From an uncultured Candidatus Methanogranum sp. (lineage in GTDB: Archaea; Thermoplasmatota; Thermoplasmata; Methanomassiliicoccales; Methanomethylophilaceae), in assembly GCA_964620455.1 (NCBI GenBank), contig CAZUIU010000004.1, positions 111,562 to 175,561 on the forward strand: DNA of 64,000 bases, in the 5' to 3' direction. Positions 16,213 to 25,849 of this stretch are shown here, one piece after another. The notes below the pieces were generated by a model. The model did not search any database and was not told where the DNA came from. It saw nothing but the letters and a program-made list of their open reading frames with translations. Position 1 is the first letter of the stretch. Each line of letters begins with the position of its first letter. A program made the translations under genes and the position numbers.

Positions 16213-18800
16213 CGTCTATCCTCGTCGTCGAGGTCACTCTCCTTCTCCAGCTCCTTCTGGAACCTTCTGTCGAAGAAATCCTCCGTCACGCGTATTATGA
16301 AAGAATCACTCTTCTGCCTGTTTATAATAATCGCACATACGAACCATGCTATCGAAACAGCAATCAGAGCAACATAATAATGGATCGGAAGGTACATCAT
16401 AGATGCCAGACCGACGGATATCGCAGGAACCAGGTAAACGATTGCCACAACACCGAAGAGCAGTACTGCAAGGAACATGGGGAACAGATGTCTGTTGCAT
16501 ACCCCGTCCTTGTCCATGAACTTGAAAGCAGGATAGATCAGGAAGAGTTCCATTATACCGGCCAGCACTATGAAGAACAACAGAGCGTTCCTTGCCGCTA
16601 CCTCAGCCAATGTGGCCACCGTGTCCTCTGTAGATGTGGACCCCGACATGTGATCCAGGAACTGAGCATATGATTCACTGGGGAATAACGCATGGTACTG
16701 CTCCCATGTTGATGCGAAGGATATGTCTGAGAACCAGCCATTGCTCACACCCAGCGATATCACTGCATATATGGCAAGTGCGAAAACCACGATAGACAAT
16801 GCAGTGGGAACGCAGAATCTCAGGACACCAGGTAGTATCATCTCCTTGTTATCAGAGGGTTTGGCCCATATGGCCATGAGGAACGCTGCGAATGACACCG
16901 TGACAAGAGCATAGTATGCATTCTGTATAGGCAAAAGGGGAAGTCTTTGCATTATCAGAAGCAATACCCCTACCAACATCGCGAGAACGAAATTACGTGT
17001 AAGATATAGCCTAAGTATGTCACGCATACCGGTCACGGTCCTCTTGCCCTCCATTATGGCCTTTGGAAGGGAATCGAAACGGTCATCCACTAGGACCATG
17101 TCCGCAACCCCCCTCGTCGCACCTGAGCCGCTCTGCAAAGCCACGCCTACCTGGGCAGCCTTTAGGGATTTGACATCGTTGACACCATCACCGACCATAG
17201 CCACATACCTGCCGGCCCCTCTGAGGGTCTTTATGACATCCTCCTTCTGATCGGGCTTCATGCGACCGAATATATTGGTCTTCAGTATTATGTCCCTGCG
17301 GTCATCTCCCTGAAGCACCTCCAGTTGATCCCCTGATATTATGTTCCTATCCCCTGGAATCCCGGCCTGTGTGAACAACGCGTCCACAGTCTCCGGATCA
17401 TCACCGGATATAACCTTTAGGTCCATCCCACCGTCTACGAACTCGGATATTATCTCCCTGCAATCCGGCCTGACCTCATCTCTTATTGACACTATGGCCA
17501 CAGGGAACAGCGTGGACTCCGACGGATCCTCGCCGACATATAGACCGGGTTCCTCAGCTAGACAGATGAGGACCGTTCTAAGTCCCTTCCTAGAGAAACC
17601 TGATATTATCTCGCCCACATCCGCCTCGGAGACTATCCTGGGCCTGAGCACCTGATACGCCCCGACGAATATCGAACGTTCAACACCCCCGTCGTTAACA
17701 TGTACGGCACTGAACTTCCTATCGGAGGAGAACTGTATCTCCTCTACGAGTTCCACATCTATCCTGCCGTATTCGGATTCCATAGCCTTGACCGTATGGT
17801 TCCTGCTGCCGGTGGATGATATGAAACATGACACTATCCTTTTGGCTTCTTCCTCATCCATCAGGTATTCTGCACCATCGAAAACGAGATTGTTGGTAGT
17901 GATAGTTCCGGTCTTGTCCATGCACACCGTGTCCACATGACTCATCGATTCGACGGAACTGGAATTCTGCAACAGTATGCCGCTATTCGCCATGCGGACT
18001 GCGGCAATCATATATGTTATGGTTATCAGAAGGAAGAGCGCGATGGGCACTATGTCCAATATTATTACTGACTGTATCAGCGAATCTATCGCATGCTTAC
18101 CTGAGAATATGTTTATAACCACGGTCAGAGCGAGATAGAAGAACGATATGATCATCAACATCTCCGTCACAGTGGCGGTCTCCATCTGAAGAGGGGTCCT
18201 CTTCTTCTTGAACTTCTTGGCACTGGACAGCATCTTCGATGCGAAGGTATCCTCACCCAATGCCGTGACCCTGTAATAGCACTCCCCGATCACGCAGTAG
18301 GCCCCAGAGTATATCGTATCACCTTCATGCTTCCTTCTGGTACTGGACTCACCTGTCAGAAGTGACTCGTCCATCTCGAAAGATGTGCATTCCAGAACGA
18401 CCCCATCCACCTGTGCCTGATCCCCGGATTCCATCCTTATAATGTCATCCATGACAATCGCAGATGGATCGGATTCCATCTCCACACCGTCTCTGATGAG
18501 CCTGACCCTCGGCCTCAGGAGGACGGCTATCTTATCCAGCCTCCTCTTCGCCTTCATCTCCTGTATCGTCGATATGAGGACGTTTATCAAGATCACGCCC
18601 GTAGCTGCTAGAGCATTGGTGTATTCATCGAAGAAGACCAACGCCACACCTAGTATTATCAGTATAAGGTTGAACGAAGTGCAGAAATTCTTTATGACTA
18701 TGTCAGCATAACTGCGGCTGACGGGGGACTCGAAGGTGTTCACCCTGCCCTCTTTCTGCCTGCTCTTGACTTCGTCCTGCGTGAGTCCCTTAGGTGGCAT
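16209..18800 (-). CDS. cation-transporting P-type ATPase (P2/P3-like)
   Basis: The TGES motif is 'LTGESS', the phosphorylation site is 'CMDKTGTITTN' and the hinge is 'MVGDGVNDVKSLKAAQVG'. There are multiple TM segments, and the TM4 motif is 'VPIAL'. I moved the start to ATG 18800 ('MPPKGLTQDEVKSRQKEGRVN'); the track ORF runs to 18920. Confidence 0.85.
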   Translation of the reverse strand: MPPKGLTQDEVKSRQKEGRVNTFESPVSRSYADIVIKNFCTSFNLILIILGVALVFFDEYTNALAATGVILINVLISTIQEMKAKRRLDKIAVLLRPRVRLIRDGVEMESDPSAIVMDDIIRMESGDQAQVDGVVLECTSFEMDESLLTGESSTRRKHEGDTIYSGAYCVIGECYYRVTALGEDTFASKMLSSAKKFKKKRTPLQMETATVTEMLMIISFFYLALTVVINIFSGKHAIDSLIQSVIILDIVPIALFLLITITYMIAAVRMANSGILLQNSSSVESMSHVDTVCMDKTGTITTNNLVFDGAEYLMDEEEAKRIVSCFISSTGSRNHTVKAMESEYGRIDVELVEEIQFSSDRKFSAVHVNDGGVERSIFVGAYQVLRPRIVSEADVGEIISGFSRKGLRTVLICLAEEPGLYVGEDPSESTLFPVAIVSIRDEVRPDCREIISEFVDGGMDLKVISGDDPETVDALFTQAGIPGDRNIISGDQLEVLQGDDRRDIILKTNIFGRMKPDQKEDVIKTLRGAGRYVAMVGDGVNDVKSLKAAQVGVALQSGSGATRGVADMVLVDDRFDSLPKAIMEGKRTVTGMRDILRLYLTRNFVLAMLVGVLLLIMQRLPLLPIQNAYYALVTVSFAAFLMAIWAKPSDNKEMILPGVLRFCVPTALSIVVFALAIYAVISLGVSNGWFSDISFASTWEQYHALFPSESYAQFLDHMSGSTSTEDTVATLAEVAARNALLFFIVLAGIMELFLIYPAFKFMDKDGVCNRHLFPMFLAVLLFGVVAIVYLVPAISVGLASMMYLPIHYYVALIAVSIAWFVCAIIINRQKSDSFIIRVTEDFFDRRFQKELEKESDLDDEDRR

Positions 18801-18826
18801 CTGTTGAAGAGAACACGTCCGATTAT

Positions 18827-21772
18827 TTATGTATAATCTGCCAGACGTTCCATTATCGATTTCTTGATAAACGGCTCGAAGACCACACTGCGACCCTGGG
18901 AAACATAATCTATGATGCACACCGCCCGCTTACCAGTCACTTCCATTGCAGCATTGGCATAGACACTGAGCTGCATCCTGTACTCGTCCTCGAAACGGTC
19001 GGAAACGTCGGTCTTATAGTCATGTATCTCCACATGGTCAGGGAACTCCACATACAGATCTATTACGCCTCTGAGCGTTATTCCCAGATCATTGAACGAT
19101 AATGAACATTCTATCTCCGGTTCCATGTAGACTGAATCGGACAGGGAATCCAGGATCTCCTTTATACGGACGGTCTCAGGCATCTCATCCTGTTCCACTC
19201 CCGGAGGCAGACCTCTCGCCATGAGTTCGGCCACATGGTGGACCTTCGTTCCGTACTCCATACCCTTACCGCACACCTGGTCCGAACCTTCAGGAGGAAC
19301 CTCCTCACCTTCGAAATGCAGTATGTCGTGCACACCTATGTTCCTCCTACGTCTGCTAAATTCCGCTATCTCCGGACGATCAGACAGTTCGGAAACCCCC
19401 GTACCGCACATGGATGAGACCGCCCCCTTCCCGCATACGGAGTGTTCAGAGAACGGTTCCAAACCCTTGAAGAACTCGGAAGGCTTATCCGCGGAAGTAA
19501 ATGTCAGATACTGTTTGGCCCGGGATATGACGACAAAGAGTAGCCTCCTCTCCTCACTATAGTCCCGCGGAACCGCTGCGGACACCAACCGGGACTTCCA
19601 CGATTTCATTATGCATTCGTCATCACCTACGGTGACGATCTCACTCTTGGACCTTATTCCCGTCATATCGCTGAACACGTATTCAGACCTGTCACCGTTA
19701 GTGTCCGGAAAAGATTTGGTGTTGAAACCCGCGGCTATTACAACCGGATACTCCAGACCTTTGGATTTATGCATGGTCTGTATGACGACGGCCTTGGTAT
19801 CAAGTGAGGAATCCATGTTATAGGTGGTCTCCTCCTCTATATCCTTCTCAATCATGCGCACCATGTCTGAGATCGTCAACAGTGAGCCTCTGTGAGCGGA
19901 TGACATGATAGAGATTATGGCCTGAGTTATATCGTTGTTAAGACCATAGTATTCGAAAACCGAGGTGATGAGACTGGTCACCCTCCTCTTCTTGCGTATG
20001 AGTTCCTTTCTAAACCCAACTATGTCCTCGGGAAGACCGGTATCCGAACCGCGGTCCATCATCTCCCTCATCTCACACAAGGGATACCCCTGATCGGCCA
20101 GTATGGTGCATATGCCCCATGGATCATCCTCGTTATTGGTGTATTTCAGCCATGCCAAAAGGAGCTTCCCTTCCCTGGACCCCATAACCTCCACATCTCC
20201 CTGGAGGAAAACCGGCATACCGGCATCCCTCACTGCCTCGTAGACCTCACGGGCCATAGATCTCTTCCTGCACAGTACCGCTATATCGGAATATGTTACC
20301 TTACGGAAACTCCCCTCCCCCTCACATATGACATACCTGTCATCTATGATGTAGTGCTGTATACGTCTGACGATCTCCCTGACCTCTTCATCCTGAGATG
20401 ACGCCGAAACAGATTCTATAGCCGTATATCCATCCAGATACTCTTTGGCCGCCTTGATGACCTGTATATTGTCCAGGTGCACCTCCTCCTTGTCTGTTGC
20501 CTTTATATCAAGGGCCTTGTAGGCGAGGTCGATTATCCTCTGGGAACTCCTGTAATTGACATCCAGAGACAGGGATATACACTCTGGTAAACTGAAAGGG
20601 ATACGCACCTTGTCATCATTCAGGAACCTACAGAGCTCCCTTCCGCGGTCCTGGAACCTAGTTATGTTCTCCACCGATACATACCTGAATCCGTATATGC
20701 CTTGTTTCCAATCACCAACGACACACATGTTGGGTTCCTCGAGCAGCATGAGCGATATCATGAACTGGTTGCTGTTCGTATCCTGGAACTCATCGACCAT
20801 CAGATATCTGCAACGCATCCTCTCTCTGGTACGGTCATCCGCATAGAGAACGACGAAAGCGAACAACGCAACGAGTCCGAATGTCAGACGATCGTCGATT
20901 ATTGAGCGCCTTATGAATTCGTAATAGATATCGTGCATGAAATCCAACAGCCCGCCCCTATCGTCACAGGCCGCCATGCGCAGTATATCCTCCGGAAACG
21001 CGTTGATCTCTTTGAGGGACACCCCAGGTATCTCCGAGACGCCGTTGCCACCGCTACGGAAACTCCTCAGCAAATCGCACATGCGGTTACTGCCCTCTTC
21101 TAGGGCGTTCATACGTACAAGTTCCCCGAACACCGACCCTGAGTCCCCGGTCAGAACCCTGCCATCATCCCCTCCGAACCAACCCTTCCTCAGCGGCATT
21201 ATACCCCTGGCCATCAGACTGTTGATAAGACTGTACAGATCCTGTATATTTTGACTCGCAATGGTCGCCACCGCCCCGTAGTCGTCTCCATGATCGGCAA
21301 GGAAACGGTCCGCCATGTCCGAGAAATAGACCCTGTTCAGTGTCTCGTTCTCCACAGTCCTTGAACCGCGGGTCATCCTCTCATCTATGCCGAAGAAACG
21401 GCTGACCGTCTCCGGAGACTCCATGAGAACAGAGAAACAGAACGAATCGAAAGTACTGACGCGCACATCCTTGCACATCCTTGAACATCCCTCTAGGATC
21501 ATCCTGGACTTTATCCTCTCCTCCATCTCCTGAGCGGCATTACGAGTAAATGTCATCAGAACTATGTCCTTGGGCTGTACATCCTCAGATATCATGTTTA
21601 TGTAGCGTTCCACGATAGTCTTCGTCTTCCCTGTGCCCGGACCAGCATCCACCACCACCATACCATTCAATGTCTTGGCTATACTGTCCTGGGATTCGTT
21701 CAGATCACTCTTCGCCACTGGAATCACCCGACCCTTCTGTCTTGGACATGTACATGGTGCATGCTTTGACAT
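18827..21772 (-). CDS. AddA/RecB-like UvrD-family helicase with a C-terminal PD-(D/E)XK nuclease
   Basis: SF1 motifs are 'DAGPGTGKTKT', 'TFTRNAAQEM', 'MVDEFQDTN', 'VGDWKQGIYGFR', 'NYRSSQRI', 'TMHKSKGLEYPVV' and 'RRLLFVVISRAKQYL'. The nuclease region is 'GVIDLYVEF..EIHDYKTD..QLSVYANA'. The start is uncertain: ATG 21772 overlaps the upstream gene by 68 nt, and there are in-frame GTGs at 21727 and 21718. Confidence 0.7.
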   Translation of the reverse strand: MSKHAPCTCPRQKGRVIPVAKSDLNESQDSIAKTLNGMVVVDAGPGTGKTKTIVERYINMISEDVQPKDIVLMTFTRNAAQEMEERIKSRMILEGCSRMCKDVRVSTFDSFCFSVLMESPETVSRFFGIDERMTRGSRTVENETLNRVYFSDMADRFLADHGDDYGAVATIASQNIQDLYSLINSLMARGIMPLRKGWFGGDDGRVLTGDSGSVFGELVRMNALEEGSNRMCDLLRSFRSGGNGVSEIPGVSLKEINAFPEDILRMAACDDRGGLLDFMHDIYYEFIRRSIIDDRLTFGLVALFAFVVLYADDRTRERMRCRYLMVDEFQDTNSNQFMISLMLLEEPNMCVVGDWKQGIYGFRYVSVENITRFQDRGRELCRFLNDDKVRIPFSLPECISLSLDVNYRSSQRIIDLAYKALDIKATDKEEVHLDNIQVIKAAKEYLDGYTAIESVSASSQDEEVREIVRRIQHYIIDDRYVICEGEGSFRKVTYSDIAVLCRKRSMAREVYEAVRDAGMPVFLQGDVEVMGSREGKLLLAWLKYTNNEDDPWGICTILADQGYPLCEMREMMDRGSDTGLPEDIVGFRKELIRKKRRVTSLITSVFEYYGLNNDITQAIISIMSSAHRGSLLTISDMVRMIEKDIEEETTYNMDSSLDTKAVVIQTMHKSKGLEYPVVIAAGFNTKSFPDTNGDRSEYVFSDMTGIRSKSEIVTVGDDECIMKSWKSRLVSAAVPRDYSEERRLLFVVISRAKQYLTFTSADKPSEFFKGLEPFSEHSVCGKGAVSSMCGTGVSELSDRPEIAEFSRRRRNIGVHDILHFEGEEVPPEGSDQVCGKGMEYGTKVHHVAELMARGLPPGVEQDEMPETVRIKEILDSLSDSVYMEPEIECSLSFNDLGITLRGVIDLYVEFPDHVEIHDYKTDVSDRFEDEYRMQLSVYANAAMEVTGKRAVCIIDYVSQGRSVVFEPFIKKSIMERLADYT

Positions 21773-24362
21773 AATTGCATTTGGAACATCCCTTCAGAGG
21801 ATTAGCATCGAACATGGAGACTGTCATGTCTGAAACAGTGTCATGATCATTACGCAGACGGCACAAGAAATCATCCATGGTGTCCCTGGGAATTACCAAT
21901 ATACCATTGCAGAACATATGACCCGATATCATCTTGGCTATCTTGTCTATCGCCTTCTTGGCATTACCCATGTTAGTCTTGTTGACGTTCATACCGATCG
22001 CGGCTAGCACGGATTCCCTCAGCCCTTCGTCGTTCGAACACTCCCCTATTCTATCCCATCCGAATGCAGACAGTACATCGATGAAAGCACCCCATGAATC
22101 GCAGAACTTAGAATAGGTCTTCCCGAAATCCGACTTCAAACAGCAATCCTCATTGCGGATGTATCCTTCGAAATCGGAATCCACGAACTCTATGGCTCTC
22201 ACATTGCGCATCACATCGTAGCTGTCATCGGTGAGGGATTCCATCGGATTGTCCGCCACGTACAGCTGGTTGAACCTGCACGGAAGCCTTCCGAGAGATT
22301 GGTGAAGCAGGGCGAGATATATTATCGGCTGGAACTCCGGATGGTCCACCGCTGCGATCATCCCGTCCCTTATCTCGGAGATCTTCTTGGAACCGCCTGT
22401 TTTGTAGTCGGTGATCAGTGCACCTGTGACCAGATCGAACTCCCCGAACATAGGATCCTTGGATGACCTGAAATCCGTCTCTGTTATACTACTATATAGG
22501 TCGTATCCTTCCGAGGACATCAACATGTTAGGATACTTGCGCTTGGAATTCGAACGATCCAGTCTGACATTATTGGGTGCCATACGATCCAGATAACGCA
22601 TCACATTGAGCATACTGGCACGCATCCTGGTCCTGTCGACCCCTTCCATCTGACTGCATGATATCCCAGAAAACCTGCTCTGCATGCTATCTATGTAGTG
22701 ATCCAACCCTTTCGACCTCACGGTATCGGGATAACACAGGTAGAATTCCGCGAACTCGTGAACCATGCTGCCAAACACCGTGTACTCCGAATCAGGTGTC
22801 CTCATGAGATCTCCGAACATATAGGCACGAGGACACTGACGGAAAAGATCGTATGTGCTTTTTGAGAACTTCCAATCCGTAACGGGTACACGGTCTACGA
22901 ATTCGTCCCCCTTCTTCGAGAAAATTCTGCACTCTTCTGAATACCAAGGACCGCATACCAACTCGTCACATATGTCCCCAAACCCCTCTATGACCCTGTC
23001 ATCATATATCGATTCAAACAACTCACAAGGCCTAGCCTGCTTACCACCTCTCATAAGGTTCACGGCATACACCCGCGATTCACCCTGTTGCAACAACACG
23101 GAGAACCTCTTGACATCCTTCTCCGCCTCCTCCTCGCGATCTATGTACTCCTTACCTATCACACTGGTGGACCATTCTGGCCCGATTCCCACGAACACGA
23201 TGAACGGCCTGTCAACATACACTGAGTTTTTGCAATCTACCAACAACACCCCTCTCTTCTCATCATCAGGTATCTGCTCGTTATGGTGAAGGTCTGCCAC
23301 GTTGTTGACCGCATACATCATCTGACTCACAAGTTTTGATGTGATCTTCTGATCGGTCACCATCAGATCGTCAAGAAGTATCCTAACCTGCGGCCTCTGC
23401 ATAGGATGCACAACCTCTGTCATGACCTCCCCGAACGTCATGGAACGAAGATCGCGCATAACCTCGGCCAACCTAACAGCCCTCTCGTTACGGAGATTGT
23501 CGATATTCTTGGATAGGAGATACTCATCCTGTTTTGACCTCACATACCCCCCGTAATTAGAGAATAGCTCTCTGACATGCCTCATCCTAAGCGTATCATA
23601 TCCCAATCCCAGTGAAAGGAACTGCAAGAAATCCCTTATCTGTGAAAGATCCCTGACCGACATCTTGTTCTTGAACGGTAGGCCCCTTCTGTAAAGTGCA
23701 GATCTGACCGCATCCGCTACCGCTCCCTCGGTATCCAGGACTATTGCGGAATCCTCTGACATTTCCGGAGTTATCAGACTGACGATGTTCTCGGCAATCT
23801 GCCTATCATTGCCTACCTGACGTATGACCTCGATATCATAATCGTCATCCGCGAAAAGATCTACATCCTTGAACTCAGAAGGTACGAAGTGTTTATCGAG
23901 GTCGTCGAAGAGATCCAACCCAATCACTGCGACATTTCCCCTGCCGCGATAAAGCTCGCTCTTAGACGGATCGTATGATGCCATGACCTTCTCGATAGTC
24001 GGTAATGCGGCAAAAGATCTGTATACCTCCTTGGAAGACGGAGAATAAAGATAATTCTCCGGATTGGCCCTGTATCTGCGTATGGTACGTATGTTCTCCA
24101 ACTCACCATGCACGTACTTGAAATCGAAACCCGTCTCCTCTACTATTGAGGATATGGTCCTAAGATCGCCCATTACACCCCTGCCGAGAACCCTGACAGC
24201 TTCCTTGCCGGCAATCTGTCTGGGAGTGTATGCGAAACTCCCTATCGTGGCCTTGCGAACCCTGGAATTCAAAGCAGTGGCCAAGGGTGCATCGTTGGTG
24301 ATAACAAGGTCACAATCCATGACCTCTGTGTAAAGTTCATCGATGCTCTTGGATCTGCGCAT
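21705..24362 (-). CDS. AddB-like subunit: helicase-dead scaffold with a C-terminal RecB/Cas4-type iron-staple nuclease
   Basis: It is 885 aa from ATG 24362; the track ORF extends to 24632. I found no Walker A by eye. Nuclease motifs are 'GSMVHEF', 'GEFDLV', 'ITDYKTG' and 'QPIIYLALL'. They are bracketed by 'FRQCPRAY' and the terminal 'CSKCNYVKAC', giving the C...CX2CX5C pattern. Confidence 0.55.
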   Translation of the reverse strand: MRRSKSIDELYTEVMDCDLVITNDAPLATALNSRVRKATIGSFAYTPRQIAGKEAVRVLGRGVMGDLRTISSIVEETGFDFKYVHGELENIRTIRRYRANPENYLYSPSSKEVYRSFAALPTIEKVMASYDPSKSELYRGRGNVAVIGLDLFDDLDKHFVPSEFKDVDLFADDDYDIEVIRQVGNDRQIAENIVSLITPEMSEDSAIVLDTEGAVADAVRSALYRRGLPFKNKMSVRDLSQIRDFLQFLSLGLGYDTLRMRHVRELFSNYGGYVRSKQDEYLLSKNIDNLRNERAVRLAEVMRDLRSMTFGEVMTEVVHPMQRPQVRILLDDLMVTDQKITSKLVSQMMYAVNNVADLHHNEQIPDDEKRGVLLVDCKNSVYVDRPFIVFVGIGPEWSTSVIGKEYIDREEEAEKDVKRFSVLLQQGESRVYAVNLMRGGKQARPCELFESIYDDRVIEGFGDICDELVCGPWYSEECRIFSKKGDEFVDRVPVTDWKFSKSTYDLFRQCPRAYMFGDLMRTPDSEYTVFGSMVHEFAEFYLCYPDTVRSKGLDHYIDSMQSRFSGISCSQMEGVDRTRMRASMLNVMRYLDRMAPNNVRLDRSNSKRKYPNMLMSSEGYDLYSSITETDFRSSKDPMFGEFDLVTGALITDYKTGGSKKISEIRDGMIAAVDHPEFQPIIYLALLHQSLGRLPCRFNQLYVADNPMESLTDDSYDVMRNVRAIEFVDSDFEGYIRNEDCCLKSDFGKTYSKFCDSWGAFIDVLSAFGWDRIGECSNDEGLRESVLAAIGMNVNKTNMGNAKKAIDKIAKMISGHMFCNGILVIPRDTMDDFLCRLRNDHDTVSDMTVSMFDANPLKGCSKCNYVKACTMYMSKTEGSGDSSGEE

Positions 24363-24505
24363 GCCACGAATGATGCGTTGTCGATATAAAAACTGGAGTG
24401 ATTCCGATGCAAGATAGATCAGGATTACACGAACCGCACCTGTACTGTCATCAGAACATAGAATGTAAGGTGAATAACGATTTGAACAAATGATACAAAA
24501 CGTTG

Positions 24506-24516
24506 TATTATATATT
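24506..24516 (+). promoter_or_regulatory. TATA-like box for the 24539 gene (leaderless-type spacing)
   Basis: 'tattatatatt' is centred about 28 nt upstream of ATG 24539. It lies in the divergent spacer between the AddB-like gene and the 24539 gene. Confidence 0.35.
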
Positions 24517-24538
24517 GGATATATGTTCCATCCATAAT

Positions 24539-25249
24539 ATGAGTATGTGGAGAGATGATGATCATACGGTCGGTTATCTAGCCGAAAAAGAACCGTCCCA
24601 AAACACTTGGAACGACGTACAGGCAATATCATCTGAACCCCACGTCAACACACTTGAAGATCGTGAGGAGAAAATCAACCAGATCAAGAACGAAATCATG
24701 AGAGATGTGGTGGAGCACCTGTCATCTGTGAAAGGAATCTCCTCCGTATTCCCCCTGAATCCCGATCTCTTATCGATGATACAGGCTGAGGAGAGCAACA
24801 TCAGATGCTCCGGCGGTATAACCTATGAGAACATGGCCCTCATGGAATGCCTCAGGAAAAATTCCGCTTTGTGCATGTTCTGCGACGGTTTCCTGGAGGA
24901 ACAGAGAGAAATATCCATGATATTGGTAGATGATTACGGAAACATAACCGGTAACGATGTCCCCAAATGCAAAGAAGAGGAGTACCGGAGCAGAAAGGAC
25001 GTGATCTGGCTTTCCGATAATTTCATAATATACTCCAAAGCCGAACAGAAATCCGAATCCAAAATGACGATACTACCCAGAAGATTCAGAACACTCGATC
25101 AGATACCGGGAGCAAAGAATGCAATGTACTTCTACCCGACAATAGGGACGGATATCATGCTCAAAAAGACATTGATGAAAGATTACGACCCTACAATGTG
25201 CTCCATAATAGTGGGTTTCGATACGGAACCTCTGTATGGGAAATATTAA
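24539..25249 (+). CDS. hypothetical protein (no recognisable family)
   Basis: The track ORF starts at TTG 24503. I prefer ATG 24539 because of the TATA spacing. The protein has several Cys ('CSGG', 'CMFCDG') but I can name no motif. It is followed 24 nt later by the degenerate exonuclease-like gene. Confidence 0.4.
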   Translation: MSMWRDDDHTVGYLAEKEPSQNTWNDVQAISSEPHVNTLEDREEKINQIKNEIMRDVVEHLSSVKGISSVFPLNPDLLSMIQAEESNIRCSGGITYENMALMECLRKNSALCMFCDGFLEEQREISMILVDDYGNITGNDVPKCKEEEYRSRKDVIWLSDNFIIYSKAEQKSESKMTILPRRFRTLDQIPGAKNAMYFYPTIGTDIMLKKTLMKDYDPTMCSIIVGFDTEPLYGKY

Positions 25250-25273
25250 TCTACCAATTACATTGACCGTGAC

Positions 25274-25831
25274 ATGGTGAACGAGCTTTACGTCGTCCAA
25301 ACGATAACCACCGGACCCAACGGATACCCTTATGACGAGATAATCGACATAGGGATCTGCAAAGTCGACCTTGAGGCGATGGAGTTCGAATGCATTTACA
25401 GCAATCTGGTTTTCTATGACCCCAAGGAATTGGGTAAGAGCAAACTGGACTACCTATCGGAGAATTTCGGCTTGATGCCGGAGATGATATATTCCGGTGA
25501 ATCTGAGGAAAAAATCTCCAAAGAGGTTTTAGAAATCATAAAGGGCAACGACGTGGCATGTTATGACATAAGGCAAGAGTTCGGAAGATATATGGTATGC
25601 GCCCCTTGGGACATAACCCACGAGACCACGATAATGCCATCCATATCATCCAGAATGCCCATAAGCCTCAAATGCAAGGACCCTTCCGACGAAGCGCAGG
25701 TGATAATGAAGGCATACCACAAGCTGATGAGACATGATCCTGCCGACGTCGGTAAAAGCAGACGCGCTGAGGATCTTGCCAAAATGGCCACGTGCCTGAT
25801 GTTCCATATGAGGAACAGAGGCAAGTACTGA
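25274..25831 (+). CDS. degenerate (probably inactive) DEDD-exonuclease-fold paralogue
   Basis: It aligns ungapped with the 15586..16212 protein at about 20 of 43 positions, e.g. 'ELYVVQTITTGPNGYPYDEIIDIGICKVDL' vs 'EVFVLDTETTGLYGAPKDVVVDIGICVVDL'. The catalytic residues are replaced: ExoI DxE becomes QxI, and the ExoIII His becomes Arg ('RRAEDLAKM'). Confidence 0.5.
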   Translation: MVNELYVVQTITTGPNGYPYDEIIDIGICKVDLEAMEFECIYSNLVFYDPKELGKSKLDYLSENFGLMPEMIYSGESEEKISKEVLEIIKGNDVACYDIRQEFGRYMVCAPWDITHETTIMPSISSRMPISLKCKDPSDEAQVIMKAYHKLMRHDPADVGKSRRAEDLAKMATCLMFHMRNRGKY

Positions 25832-25849
25832 TTATCAACTACTTTCAGA

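Noticed and set aside
18801-18920. 40-codon extension of the P-type ATPase ORF
   Set aside because: It would overlap the 3' end of the AddA-like gene. 'MPPKGLTQDEV...' at ATG 18800 is a canonical P-type ATPase N-terminus.
24363-24632. 90-codon extension of the AddB-like ORF
   Set aside because: It translates to Tyr/Cys/Ile-rich low complexity. It would run through the divergent promoter (TATA 24506-24516) and the start of the 24539 gene.
14966-25831. Integrated mobile element or genomic island bounded by the two exonuclease paralogues
   Set aside because: There is no integrase, transposase, tRNA target or terminal direct repeats. The two paralogues are diverged at the protein level only, so they are not recent duplicated ends.
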